Assembly (NCBI RefSeq): GCF_036321535.1
Contig: NC_087437.1
Span: 42,286,001 to 42,350,000, forward strand
Source: Camelus dromedarius
Taxonomy: Eukaryota
Reading direction: 5' to 3'
Length of the DNA: 64,000 bases
The position numbers and the translations under genes are program-made. This document shows, piece after piece, positions 10,744 to 22,774 of this stretch; positions within the stretch are counted from its first letter, which is position 1; each line of letters begins with the position of its first letter. The notes under the pieces are model-generated. The model was not told the origin of the DNA. It worked only from the letters and a program-made list of their open reading frames with translations, and did no database searches.

Positions 10744-12004
10744 ATAAACTCAAAATGGCTTAAAGATTTAAATATAAAACACAATAAATCTCCTAGAAGA
10801 ACACATAGGCAAAACATTCTCTGACATAAATCTTAGCAACGTTCTCCTAGAGCAATCTACCCAGGCAATGGTAATAAGAGCAAAATAAACAAATGAGACC
10901 TAATTAAACTCATAAGATTTTCACAGCAAAGGAAACCATAAGCAAAACAAAATGACAACCTACAGAACAGGAGAAAATATTTGCAAGTGATGCAACTGAC
11001 AAAGGCTTAATTTCCAGAATATATAAACAGTTCATACAACTTAATAACAAAAAAGCAAACAACCCAATCCAAAAACGGGCAGAGGACCTAAACATGCATT
11101 TTTCCAATAAAGACATATGAATGGCTAATAGACATGAAAAAATGCTCAATATCACTAATTATCAGAGAAATGTAAATCAAAACTATAATGAGGTATCACC
11201 TCACAACAGTCAGAATGGCCATCATTCAAAAGTCCACAAACGATAAATGCTGGAGAGGGTGTGCAGAAAAGGGAACCCTCCTACACTGCTGATGGGAATG
11301 TAGTTTGGTGCAACCATTATGAAAAACAGTATGCAGAGTCCTTAAAAAACTAAAAACAGACTTACCATATGATCCAGCAATCCCACTTCTGTGTATATAT
11401 CCTGAGGGAACTCTAATTTGAAAAAATACATGCACCCCAATGTTCATAGCAGCACTATTTACAATAGTGAAGACATGGAAGCAACCTAAATGTCCATCCA
11501 CAGATGACTGGATAAAGAAGTGATGGTATATTTATACAATGGAATACTACTCAGCCATAAAAAGAGTAAAATAATGCCATTTGCAGCAACATGGATGGAC
11601 CTAGAGAACATCATTCTAAGTGAAGTAAGCCAGGAAGAGAAAGAAAAATACCATATGATATCACTCATATGTGGAATCTAAAAGAAAAACAAAGCACACT
11701 ATGAACTCATCTACAAAACAGAAACAGACTCTCAGTAAGCAATCTTATTGTTACTGGGGAAAGGGGGTAGGGAGGGATAAATTTGGGAGTTTGAGATTTA
11801 CAAATGTTAGCCACTATATATAAAAACAAATTAAAAAAAAATTTCTATAGTATAGCATAGGGAACCACACTTAGTATCTCTTAATAACCTTTAATAGAAG
11901 AAAATATAAAAACAAATATATGTATGTATATGCAAGACTGGGACATTGTGCTGTACATCAGAAATTGACACATTGTAATTGACTGTACTTTAATTAAAAA
12001 AAAA
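10744..12004 (+). mobile_element. 5'-truncated L1 (ORF2 C-terminal part, 3'UTR, poly(A))
   Basis: ATAAACTCAAAATGGCTTAAAGA ... GATCCAGCAATCCCACTTCTG ... GCAACATGGATGGACCTAGAG ... GACTGTACTTTAATTAAAAAAAAA; antisense ORFs 10910-11668 are typical L1 antisense frames. Confidence 0.95.
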
Positions 12005-12036
12005 CAAATTTCAGTTTTAATTAAAATTGGATGTCA

Positions 12037-12510
12037 CAGATCTCACTTACCTGTGGAATCTTAAAAAAAAAAAAAAAAAAAAGAAGAAGAAGAAAAAGAA
12101 AAAGAAAACAAAAAAACCTCACAGAAAATGAGATAAGGTTTGTGGTTACCAGAGGAGGATGGTGTGGGGAGGAGGAACTGGAAGAAGGTGGTTAAAAAGC
12201 ATAAATTTCTAGTTATAAGATAAGTAAGTACTAGGGAGGAAGTGAGCTACATGATTACTATAGCTAACACTGCTGTATGATAAATAGGCAAGTTTCTAAG
12301 AGAGAAAATCCTAAGAGTTCTTATCACAAGGAGAAAATTTTTTTCCTTTTTTCTTTTTTCCTTTTTGTTCATTGTATTTACATGACAAGATATATGTTAG
12401 CAGAACCTATTACAGTAATGATTTTATGGTATATGTAAATCAAACCATCATGCTGTATGCCTTAAACTTACAGATTGATGTATGTCAATTGTTTTCAATA
12501 AAGCTGGAAA
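12037..12510 (+). mobile_element. older L1 3'UTR (L1MA-like) with TSD
   Basis: ATCTCACTTACCTGTGGAATCT...GTGGTTACCAGAGG...CAATAAAGCTGGAAAAAA; flanks AAAATTGGATGTCA / AAAATTTGATATCA. Confidence 0.8.
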
Positions 12511-12663
12511 AAATTTGATATCATAAAACTGTATGTTTAATGAAACAAAAGCAATTCCTGCTAAACGAGCAATGGGACACATACTTGTCTTTGTTGGAAA
12601 GTGTATTTATAACTGAGCTAATCAGCTTGTTTCTCCATGGATCAAAGACAAGGGTTATTGGAT

Positions 12664-12949
12664 AGTGGTTACCAGTGGGGAGAGGGGAGGGGGAGGGGCA
12701 AGATGGAGGTGGAGGATTGAGAGGTACAAAGTATCAGGTATAAAATAAGCTACAAGGATGTATTGTACAACATGGGGAATAGAGCCAATATTTTGTAATA
12801 ACTGTAAATGGAGTATAACCTTTAAAAATTGTGAATCACTATATTGTATACCTGTAACATAATATTGTACGTCAACTATAGTTCAATTTTTAAAAAACAT
12901 GATATTGTAAAATAAATACATAAATTTTTTTAAAAATTAAAAAAAAAAA
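12664..12949 (+). mobile_element. L1 3' tail
   Basis: AGTGGTTACCAGTGGGGAGAGGGGAGGGGGAGGGGCAAGA...GTGAATCACTATATTGTATACCTG...CAACTATAGTTCAAT, A-rich end. Confidence 0.85.
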
Positions 12950-12960
12950 CCTAACCCTAA

Positions 12961-13156
12961 CCCAGAAAAGTTCACCTCTTCTTCCATTGCACAGATAACT
13001 TGTAGAAACATGTGGGAGATCATTATATATTATATAATATAATAATTCTATAAGTAAGTCTTCTGAGTATTAAGCATTTATCTATAAAGGTCTATTGTCC
13101 AGTGACTGGGACACTCCCTGTGTGCTCTCATTGCCCCCAGAGAAAAGAGCTGTCTT
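12961..13156 (+). repeat. copy 1 of a ~196-bp local direct duplication
   Basis: CCCAGAAAAGTTCA...GAGAAAAGAGCTGTCTT repeated at 13474-13668; about 16 differences counted by eye. Confidence 0.95.
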
Positions 13157-13473
13157 ACTGAATGTAATCTTACAGGTTGACTAAATTTAAAAAGGAGGAG
13201 GATAAAGGAAAGGAATAAACAAAGACCATGTCATAGCTTTGGCCTCAGTGATCAGAGAGAGACAGCAACATTGTGGCAGAGTGTTAAGAAAAAGAGGCAC
13301 TTGGTATTAATAACTTTTCTCATTTGCATTTCTCCCCAAAATATCTTTAGTTTATGATCCCATTTAATATAACATTTTCACATCAAAATAGTTTCTATTT
13401 AAAAAGTGTCTGTCAGTTTAGGTTTGATCAGCAGTTTTAAACAATTGGATGGATTCCCAGCCTTAGTCGTTTT

Positions 13474-13668
13474 CCCAGAAAAGTTCATCTCTTTTTCCAC
13501 TGCACAGATAGCTTGTAGAAACATGTGGGAAATTATTATTATTATATAATATAATAATTTTATAATTAAGTCTTCTGGGTATTAAGCATTTGTCTGTAAA
13601 GATCTATTGCCCAGTGACTGGGACACTCCCTGTGTGCTCTCATTGCTCCTAGAGAAAAGAGCTGTCTT
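13474..13668 (+). repeat. copy 2 of a ~196-bp local direct duplication
   Basis: Aligns end to end with 12961-13156. Confidence 0.95.
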
Positions 13669-13699
13669 GGCTTTGTGATCCTTAGTTTCTTGTTTTTAA

Positions 13700-14890
13700 A
13701 AATATATATATATTTTTTAACTTGAATTCTATGTACATGGAGTCATACAGTGAATGTTCTTTTGTGACTCACTTCTTTCACTCATTCTTATTATTTTTAA
13801 GATTCATTCATGGTGATATGTGAAGCTGCAGTTTGTTAACATTCTCATTGCTTATACATATTCCATTGTATAAACATTCCACAATTTATCCACTCAAATG
13901 TTAAAAGACTTTTGGATGGTTTCTCATTTTTTGGATAGTTAGTCCTGCCATGAGCTTGTGTACTGAGGCACATGCCCATTTACCTGGATTATAGATAGGT
14001 TATGTTCATGTAATTTTACTAGGAAAGTTCCCAAATGCCAGCACCAATTAGCAATTCTACCTGCAGTAAAAGAGTTCCTGCTGAACTGCATGCTCACCAA
14101 CACTTGGTATTTTAGGAGGTTCTTTTTACCAATCTGGTTGGTGTATAATGGGAAGTTATTGTGGCATAATCTGCATTTCCTTATAATGAGACTGAGTATC
14201 TCTTGATATGTTATTGTTCATTTGTGGTTTCATCTGTGCAGTAACTGTTAAAACTTTTTCATATTCTTTTTCTACTGGATTGTTTTACTCTGGTCAGTTC
14301 ATGAAAAATCTTCATGTATTTGGGATTCTTGTCCTTTGATATGTCATAGATTCTGGCAGACAACCAAAATCTCTGGTTCTGGTGGAACTAGAATTTCTGT
14401 GGAATTTCTTTGTACTTTCTAAGTGATATATTTTGATAAGCACATATTCTTAATTTTACATGGTCTAATTCATTAATCTATTCCATTATGGTTTACACTT
14501 TATGTCTTGTTTAAGAAGTCCTTTCCTACTCCAAGTCATGAATATGGTATAAAACTCCAATATTTAGGTCTTAAAATTTATGGTTTCAATCTACCTGGAA
14601 TTGATTTTTTTTTTTTCTGGTATGGAGTGAGGTAGGATGTCCCAGTCCATTCCACATGGATAACCAACTCTACCAGAATCTTTTATTGATAACTCTACTT
14701 TTTTCCTTTTGATCTCAATACTAACTCTGTCACATGTTGAGTATCTGTCTATACACAGGTCTTTTCTAAGTCCCCAGTGTTATTCACTGATCTATTTGCC
14801 TATTGCCATGTGAATACTGCACTGTTGTCTATAAAAAGCTCTCGCTTTCTTCTTGAAAAGAGTCTTGAATATTCTTATCTTTTCTTTGGT
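13700..14890 (-). mobile_element. old L1M (L1MC/ME-like) ORF2 end and 3' region
   Basis: TGGAGTCATACAGT, GATTCATTCATGGTG, CTCACCAACACTTGGTAT, ATCTACCTGGAATTGATTTTT...GGTATGGAGTGAGGTAGG. Confidence 0.8.
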
Positions 14891-15470
14891 TTTATTAAAT
14901 TCAAAATTAGGAGTTACTAGATCATCTCTATGGTTCCCTCTAGAGCTAAAAGATTTATTCTATTCTATATAAATAATAACATTGTTGCTTTTCTTCATGA
15001 TACCATTAGATTTAGCAATTATTTTGCCAAACTATATTAATCTTCCAAAATAACTTTACATGCTTCTGAGGTTATTAAATTGATGCCTATTCTTTTTTGA
15101 GGATTTTACTGCTCTTAGCTTCTATTACCACTTTAGAATAATGGCATTACTGATATACAAGTATTTATAGAGTTTGCATGTGCCTAGCAGTTGCTTGGGG
15201 TTTAAAGGAAATTTAAAGAAGCGTGCAGCACTGTCTCTGATGGGGAAGAACATGTACTTTAGCTGGAGAGACATGGCAATGACCCAGTGCTATCTTTGAC
15301 TACATCTGGATTTGGTCAGCAAATTTTCAAGACCTCAGGTTTGTGTGTGTTTTTTTCTTATTAAAAAAAGAAGTCCCCTTTTCAGGCTCTAACATTTGAT
15401 GAATTGCCATACAACAGCTCCCTCTATATCCTGCCCACATGAAGGCTGTGAAAACACAGATAACTTCCTA

Positions 15471-15523
15471 AAACTTATATAATATTGTACATCAACTATG
15501 CCTCATATAAAAAAGAAAAAAAC
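15471..15523 (+). mobile_element. very short L1 3' terminus with A tail
   Basis: TATAATATTGTACATCAACTATGCCTCATATAAAAAAGAAAAAAAC. Confidence 0.65.
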
Positions 15524-17666
15524 TACACCAGCCTATGCATAAGGGGGATTCCAGAAGGAGAAGAAAGAGAAAAGGGGATCAAAAATGTATTTGAAGAAAT
15601 TATGGCTGGAAATTTCCCAAATCTAAAGAAGGGAACAGATATCGAGGTATAGGAAGCACAGAGGGTCCCAAACAAGATGAACCCAAACAGACCCACACTA
15701 AGACATACAAAATTAAAATGGCCAAAATTAAATATAAAGAAAGGATTCTAAAGGCAGCAAGAGGAAAACAAAGCGTCAGTTACAAGGGGCCCCCTGTAAG
15801 GCTACCAGCTGATTTCTCCACAGAAACTTTTAAAGGTCAGAAGGAAGTGGCATGATACATTCAAAGTCCTGAAAGGGAAAAATCTGCAACCTAGGGATAC
15901 TCTGCCCAGCAGGATTTTCATTTAGAATAGAACAAGAGGCAAAGAATTTCTCAGAGAAGCAAAAACTAAAAGAATACAGCAATAATAAACCTAAAAGAAA
16001 TACTGAAAAGTCTTCTCTAAATAGAAAAGAAGCGAGAATCTATAGGAAAGGGAAAATCACAACAGGAAAGGCAAATATATAGAAGAATTGAAGATGACTT
16101 ATGTAAGACAGTATATAGATTAAAAAGAATCAAAAAATTTTCCTGAAAGTAATTATAATTACAATGAACAGCAAAAGGATAAACATAAAGATGTGAAATA
16201 GGGCATCAAAATCACAAAATGTGGAGGAGGGAAGTAAGAAAATGTAGATCTCTTAGGATGTGTTTGAACTTATCTGACTATCAGTCCAATGCAAGTAGAT
16301 ATAGTTAGGAGGTAACATACTTAAAAACTAGAGTAACCACAAATCAAAAACATACGATAGATTCATAAAAATCAAAAAGAAAGAAACTCAAGTATAATAC
16401 AAAACAAAATCCTCAAACCAAAAAAGGAAAAACATAAAGAGGAAGAAAGGAAAAAACAACTACAAAATCAACTGGAAAACAAGATTTAAAATGGTAATAA
16501 ATACACACTTATGTATAGTTACTTTAAATGTCAATGGACTAAACTCTCCTATCAAAAGACACAGATTGGATACTAAAACAAGAGTTTATAATATGCTGCC
16601 TACAAGAGACCCACTCTAGGGTGAAGGACACACATAGATTGAAAGTGAGGGTATGGAAAATGATGTCTCATGCAAATGGAAATGAAAGAAAGCGGGTGTA
16701 GCAATATTCACATCAGACAAAATAGACTTTGAAACAAAGATCATTAAAAAAAAAGAATAAGAAGGACACTATACGATGATAAAGGAACGATACAAGAGGA
16801 GGATATTACACTTGTTAACATATCTGCATCCAACATAAGAACACTTAGATACATAAAACAAATATTAACAGGCATAAAGGGAGAAACTGACAGGAATGCA
16901 CTAACAGTAGGAGACTTTAACACCCCACTGACATCAGTGGACAGATCTTCCAGACAGAAAATCAGTAATGCAATAGAGATTCTATATGACACAACAGAAC
17001 AGTTAGCCCTAATTGATATCTATAGGACATTATATTGAAAAAAACAGAATACACACTCTTTTCAAGCACACATGGAACACTCTCTAGGACAGAACACACA
17101 ATAGGACATAAAACAAGCCTCAACAAATGTAAGAGGATAGAAATTATTTCAAGCATCTTTTCTGACCATGACAGTATGAAACTAGTAATCAACCACAGAA
17201 AGATAAGGGGGGAAAAAGATTATATGAAGTCTAGACAACAAGCTACTGATAAAAATCAGTGGGTCAATGATAAAATCAAAGAGGAAATCAAAGTTACCTT
17301 GAGACAAATGATAATGAAAGCACAACCATACAAAATCAATGAAATACAACAAAAGCAGCCCTAAGAGAGAAGTTCATAGCAATACAGGCCTTCCTCAGAA
17401 AACAAGAAAAATCTCAACTAAACAACCTAAACTACCACCTAAATGAATTAGAAAAAGAAGAACAAGCAAAAACATAAAGTCAGCAGAAGGAAGGAAATAC
17501 TAGAGATCAGAGAGGAAACAAATAAAAAAGATTTAAAAAACAATAGAAAAGATCAATAAAACAAGAGCTGGGTCTTTGAAAAGGTAAACAAAATCAACAA
17601 ACCTTTGGCCAGGATCACCAAGAAAAGAGAAAGGACCCAAATAAACAAAATAAGAAATGAGAGAGG

Positions 17667-17899
17667 GGAGGGTGGGAAGGGAAAGACGGGATTTCAAAAT
17701 TGTAGAATAGATAAACAAGATTATACTGTATAGCACAGGGAAATATACACAAGAGCTTATGGTAGCTCACAGAGAAAAAATTGTGACAATGAATATATAT
17801 ATGTTCATGTATAACTGAAAAATTGTGCTCTACACTGGAATTTGACACAACATTGTAAAATGATTATAAATCAACAAAAAATGTTAAAAAAAAAAAAAA
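17667..17899 (+). mobile_element. young L1 3' tail nested in the ORF2 of the large L1
   Basis: GGAGGGTGGGAAGGGAAAGAC...TGTAAAATGATTATAAATCAACAAAAAATGTT-poly(A); 15-bp TSD AAGAAATGAGAGAGG (17652) / AAGCAATGAGAGAGG (17900). Confidence 0.9.
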
Positions 17900-20215
17900 A
17901 AGCAATGAGAGAGGAGAACAATCAATACCACTGAAATACAAAAAACCGTAAGAGAATACTATTAACAAATATATGCCAACAAACTGGACAATCTGGAAGA
18001 AATGGACAAGTTTCTAGAAATATACAGCCTGCCAAAACTGAGGTAAGAAGAAACAGAAAATTGAACAGACCAATCACTAGAAGTGAAATAGAATCTGTAA
18101 TTGAAAAAAAAAGATCCCTGCAAACAAAAGTCTAAGACTGGATAGCTTCACTGGGGAATTCTACCAATAATACAAAGAAGAACTTATACCTCTCCTTCTC
18201 AAACTCTTCCAAAAGATTGAAGAGAAAGAAATACTCTCAAGTTTATTCTATGAAGCCACAATCATCCTGATACCAAAACTAGGCAAAGAAAAAACCAAAA
18301 AGAAAACTACATGCCAATAACTTTGATGAACACAGATGCAGAAATCCTCAACAAAGTATTAGCAAACTGAATGCAACAACACATAAAAAGGATCATACAT
18401 CATGATCAAGTTGGATTCATTCCAGGGTTGCAAAGATGGTTCAATACATGCAAATCAATGTGATTTACCACATCAACAAAAGAAAAGACAAAAACTACAT
18501 GATTATCTTAATAGATGCAGAAAAAACGTTTGATAAAAATCAACATCCATTCATGATAAAAATCCTCCCCAAAGTGGGTATAGACGGAATATATCTCAAC
18601 ATAATATAAGTCATTTATGACAAACCCACAGCCAATATAATACTCAATGGTGAAAAACTGAAAGCCCTCCCACTAATTCTGGAACAAGACAAGACTCACC
18701 ACTTCTATTCAACATAGTAATGGAAGTCCTAGCCACAGTAATCAGAGGAGAAAAAGAAATAAAAGGTAGTCAGATTGGAAGGGAAAACGTAAAATTGTCA
18801 TTATACACAGATGACGTGATATTCTATACAGAAAATTCTAAATACTTCACACAAAAACTATTAGAACTAATAAATGAATTCAGTAAGGTAACAGGATACA
18901 AGATTAATATACAGAAACCTGTTGCATTTCTTTATATTAACAATGAAATATCAGAAAAAGAAAGTTAAAAAAAAAATCCTGTTTAAAACACATCAAAAAA
19001 AAAAAAAAATCCAAAACCTAGGAACAAACCTAACCAAAGAGATGAAGTTTCTATTGCTGAAAACTATAAAACATTGATAATGATTCAAAGAAATGAAAAG
19101 ATGTCCCATGCTTTTGGACTGGAAGAATTAATATTGTTAAAATGGTCATACCACCCAAAGCAATCTATAGATTTAATGTGAGCCCTATCAAATTACCTGA
19201 GACATTTTTCACAGACTAGAATAAATAATCATAAAATTTATATGGAACCACAAAAGGCCCAGAATTGCCAAAGTAATCTTGAGGGAAAAGAGCAATGTTG
19301 GTGGCATAACCCTCCCAGATTTCCCAGATTACTACAAAGCTACAGTCATCAAAACAGCATGATATTGGCACAAAAACAGACGTTTAGATCAATGGAACAG
19401 AACAGACAGCCCAGAGATAAACCCACACATCTATGGTCAATTAATCTTCGACAAAGGAGGCAAGAATATACAATGGATAAAAGAAAGTCTCTTCAGCAAG
19501 TGGTTGTGGGAAAGCTGGACCGCCGCATGTAAATCAATGAAGTTAGAATACTCCCTCATATCATACACAAAATAAACAAATGAGGCCTAGTCAAACTTAA
19601 AAGCTTTTGAAAAGCAAAGGAAACCATTGACAAAATGAGAAAAAAACCTATGGACTGGAAGAAAATATTTGCAAACCAAATGACTGACAGGGGCCTTATT
19701 TCCAAAATATACAAACAACTCATACAACTTAAAAAAAAACAAAAACCAAATAACCCAACAAAAGAATTGGCAGAAAACCTAAACAGACATTTCCCCAAAG
19801 AAGACGTACAGATGGCCAACAAGCACATGAAAAGATACTCACCATTGTTAATTATTAGAGAAATGCAAATCAAAACTATAATGAGGTATCACCTCATACC
19901 ATTCAAAATGGCCATCATTAAAAGTCTACGAATAATAAATGCTGGAAAGAGTGTGGAGAAAAGGGAATCTTCCTACACTGTTGATGACAATGTAAACTGG
20001 TGCAGCCACTATGGAAAACAGCATGGAGCTTCCTTTAAAAAACTAAAAAGAGAGTTACCATATAATCCAGCAATCCCACTCCTGGGCATATATCCGGAAA
20101 AGGTGAAAACTCTAATTTGAAAACATACATGCACCTTAATTTTCATAGCAGTTCTGTTTACAACAGCCAAGTCATAGAAGCAACCTAAGTGTGTCCATCA
20201 ACGGATAAAGATGTG

Positions 20216-20257
20216 ATATATATATATATATATATACATACACACACACACACACAC
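20216..20257. repeat. (TA)n(CA)n microsatellite inside L1
   Basis: Direct reading. Confidence 0.9.
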
Positions 20258-20709
20258 TTTTTTCAGCCATTAAAAAAAACATGAAATATTGCTATTTGCA
20301 GCAATAGGGATAGACATAGAGATTATCACACTGAGTGAAGTATGTCAGAAAGCAAGATAAATATTATATGATATCTCATATACATGGAATCTAAAAAATA
20401 ATACAAATGAATATACAAAACAGAAACAGACTCACAGACATAGAAAAAAAAAAAAACAAACTTGTGGTTACCAAAGGGGAAAGAGGTAGAGAGAGATAAA
20501 TTATGAGTATGAGATTAACAGATACACCACTATATGTAAAATAGATAAACAAGGATTTACTGTATAGCACAAGGAACTATATTCAATACCTTGTAATAAT
20601 TTATAATGGAAACGAATCAGAAAAAGATATAGATAAATAACTGAGTCACTTTGCTGTATACCTGAAACTAACACAATATTGTAAATCAACTATACTTCAA
20701 TAAAAAAAA

Positions 20710-20881
20710 GAAGAGACATGAGAAAGATGATCTTTCTCTGTAGTATGCAAGGACACAGCAAGAGGATGTCTGTCTGCAAACCAGGAAGAGCACCCTCACC
20801 AGAAATCAAGTTGGTTTACACCTAGATCTTGGACTTCCTAGCCTCCAGAACTGTGAGAAATAAATGCTCATTGCTTAAGAC

Positions 20882-20882
<1 letters not shown>
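20710..20882 (+). mobile_element. MLT1A-like LTR fragment, polyadenylated (probable L1-transduced flank)
   Basis: GGACACAGCAAGAGG...CTGCAAACCAGGAAGAG...GATCTTGGACTTCCTAGCCTCCAGAACTGTGAGAAATAAATG, then A30 at 20883-20912. Confidence 0.85.
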
Positions 20883-20916
<34 letters not shown>

Positions 20917-21624
20917 GGAGGAGGAAAAAATAACCCTAACATCTGTGCCAACTAAAAAAAAAGAAAAAACCTTTGTGTTCCCTTTTTCTCTGTTAGAAGA
21001 GGAGAGTGTCTATTATAAAGTTTCATGTTTCTATTAACTTGTATATCTTATTTAGGTAGTAAGCCTGGACTCTTGCCATAGTAATGTTTGCTACTTTGTA
21101 TTCCAGCCAGATGTTGGATATGGACACAAAAGAACTACGTGAAAACTAATGCACCAATGATCTTTGACATACTTCAAACCTAAGTGAAAAGGCTGAAAGG
21201 GAGTCTTGTTTCCCAAGCAAATGCTGCAGGGTGAATTTGCCTTGCTCCAAAGAGGCAAGGTGATTTTCTTAAGATCATTCAACTAGACAGAAGTAAGGCC
21301 ATGACTAGAATTCTGATTTCCAGACTCCAAATTGGCTCTTCCTCCACATAGAAAGGTGTAAATCTGATCCATGTAGTCTTTTGGGGAAGGCTGTGTGAGA
21401 GAGATCTACTCTCTCCTGAACAAATAATTTTAAAATGATTTTTCTAAATGCAGATAGCATTTTTCTAAGAGTGCAGAGAGGGAAGTCATGCCTTGCAGTA
21501 CACTACAGAAGTAAATGTTCATAGATGCAATTCTTTCACTGAGTTCAAGGCTAATAAGCATTTTTCAGGAGATAAAAATTTTGGCAGTATGTCAAAAAAT
21601 GTTTGATCTGTCTATATTAACGCC

Positions 21625-22011
21625 TGTTACAGACTGAACTGTCTTCCCCCCAAAATCATATGTTGAAACCTAGTCTTCAGCACCTTAGAATGTGACTATT
21701 TTTGGAGATGGGAACTTTAAGGAGATAATTAAGGTGAAATGAAGATTGTAAGAATGAAGCTCTCATCCAATACGACTGGTGTCCTTACAAGAAAAGGAAG
21801 AGACACGAGGGATGGGCACACAGAGAGGGGGCCACGTGAAGACACACGAGAAAGTGGCTGTCTGCAAGTCAAGAGGAGAGGCCTCGGGAGAATCCACGCC
21901 TGCTAACATCTTGGACGCCTTAGCCTCCAGAACTATGAGAAAATACATTTCTGCTGTTCAAGCCACTCAGCCTGGGATGTTTTCTCAAGGCAGCCCTAGC
22001 AAACTAATTCA
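21625..22011 (+). mobile_element. MaLR solo LTR (MLT1B-like)
   Basis: TGTTACAGACTGAACTGTCTTCCCCC...GACTGGTGTCCTTACAAGAA...GCAGCCCTAGCAAACTAATTCA. Confidence 0.85.
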
Positions 22012-22774
22012 ATATCTATTGAGTCTCCTTTTCTGAAAATTACTCCTTATCCTTCTGTACATTTTATTATCCCAATTCTATTTTTTAAAAAAATTCTGAG
22101 CCTTCTTTCTCTACTAAACAAATCATAAGTACCTTGGCCTGGCTGTTTTGGGCTCTGGCTACTGCCTTTCCCGAGGCTGAATCCTGGACCAAATCCCTCC
22201 TTCTGAGCGTGGAACCTCTTCACCTCCAACCCCGTCATGCCCTCTGGGATTCCTCTCAGAAGTTCACGGGATGCACCAGAAGTAAGGTCACCCAGAACCA
22301 GAATCTGGAGGACTGCAGTTTTCAAATCGACACATAACATGTCATTAAATAAACAAATGTCAAGAATATTTTGGCCAGAATATCATGTAGCCAAGGTGGA
22401 AAATATTGATATTGATTTGGAAAATACTAGTAAGGCAGATGCTAGTTTTCTTAGAATTAAATAATGGCTCCTCTTTTTTTTTTTTTTTTTTTTTAATGCA
22501 GAGGTTTCTGGATTGTCAATAGGGATATTTGCCTGAAGTTATCTTGCTTAACTGTTTACCCAGTTCAAATTCTTTAGATAATACTCTCCACTTTGTGATG
22601 AGTAAGCATGATTTAATTTCACCACATCAGCATTCTGTAAAATGCAACTCATGGTTTTTCTCTGGGTCTTATGTAAGAAGTAAAAGGTTTCAGTGGTCAA
22701 GAATATTACATAGTCCTTTCTCTTGCCCCTGCAACCCAAAGAACTTATTTTTATTTATTTACTTGTTAAGATTG

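Larger units (their letters stand above)
16491..20350 (+). pseudogene. inactivated L1 ORF2 (endonuclease/reverse transcriptase)
   Basis: Fragmentary frames 17035-17364 (EN), 18720-18968 (RT), 19635-20120; many stops and frameshifts, a nested insertion and an internal deletion. Confidence 0.9.
15524..20709 (+). mobile_element. ~5.2-kb decayed LINE-1: ORF1 C-terminal half, long inter-ORF spacer, ORF2, 3'UTR, poly(A)
   Basis: ORF1 reads GIPEGEEREKGIKNVFEEIMAGNFPNL from ~15545; ORF2 starts ATGGTAATA...TTAAATGTCAATGGACTA (LNVNGL) at 16491; RT motif [11 protein letters not shown] in ORF 18720-18968; C-terminal [13 protein letters not shown] in ORF 19635-20120. Confidence 0.95.

Noticed and set aside
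19635..20120. 161-aa ORF, the longest in the window
   Set aside because: It is a C-terminal fragment of a disrupted L1 ORF2.
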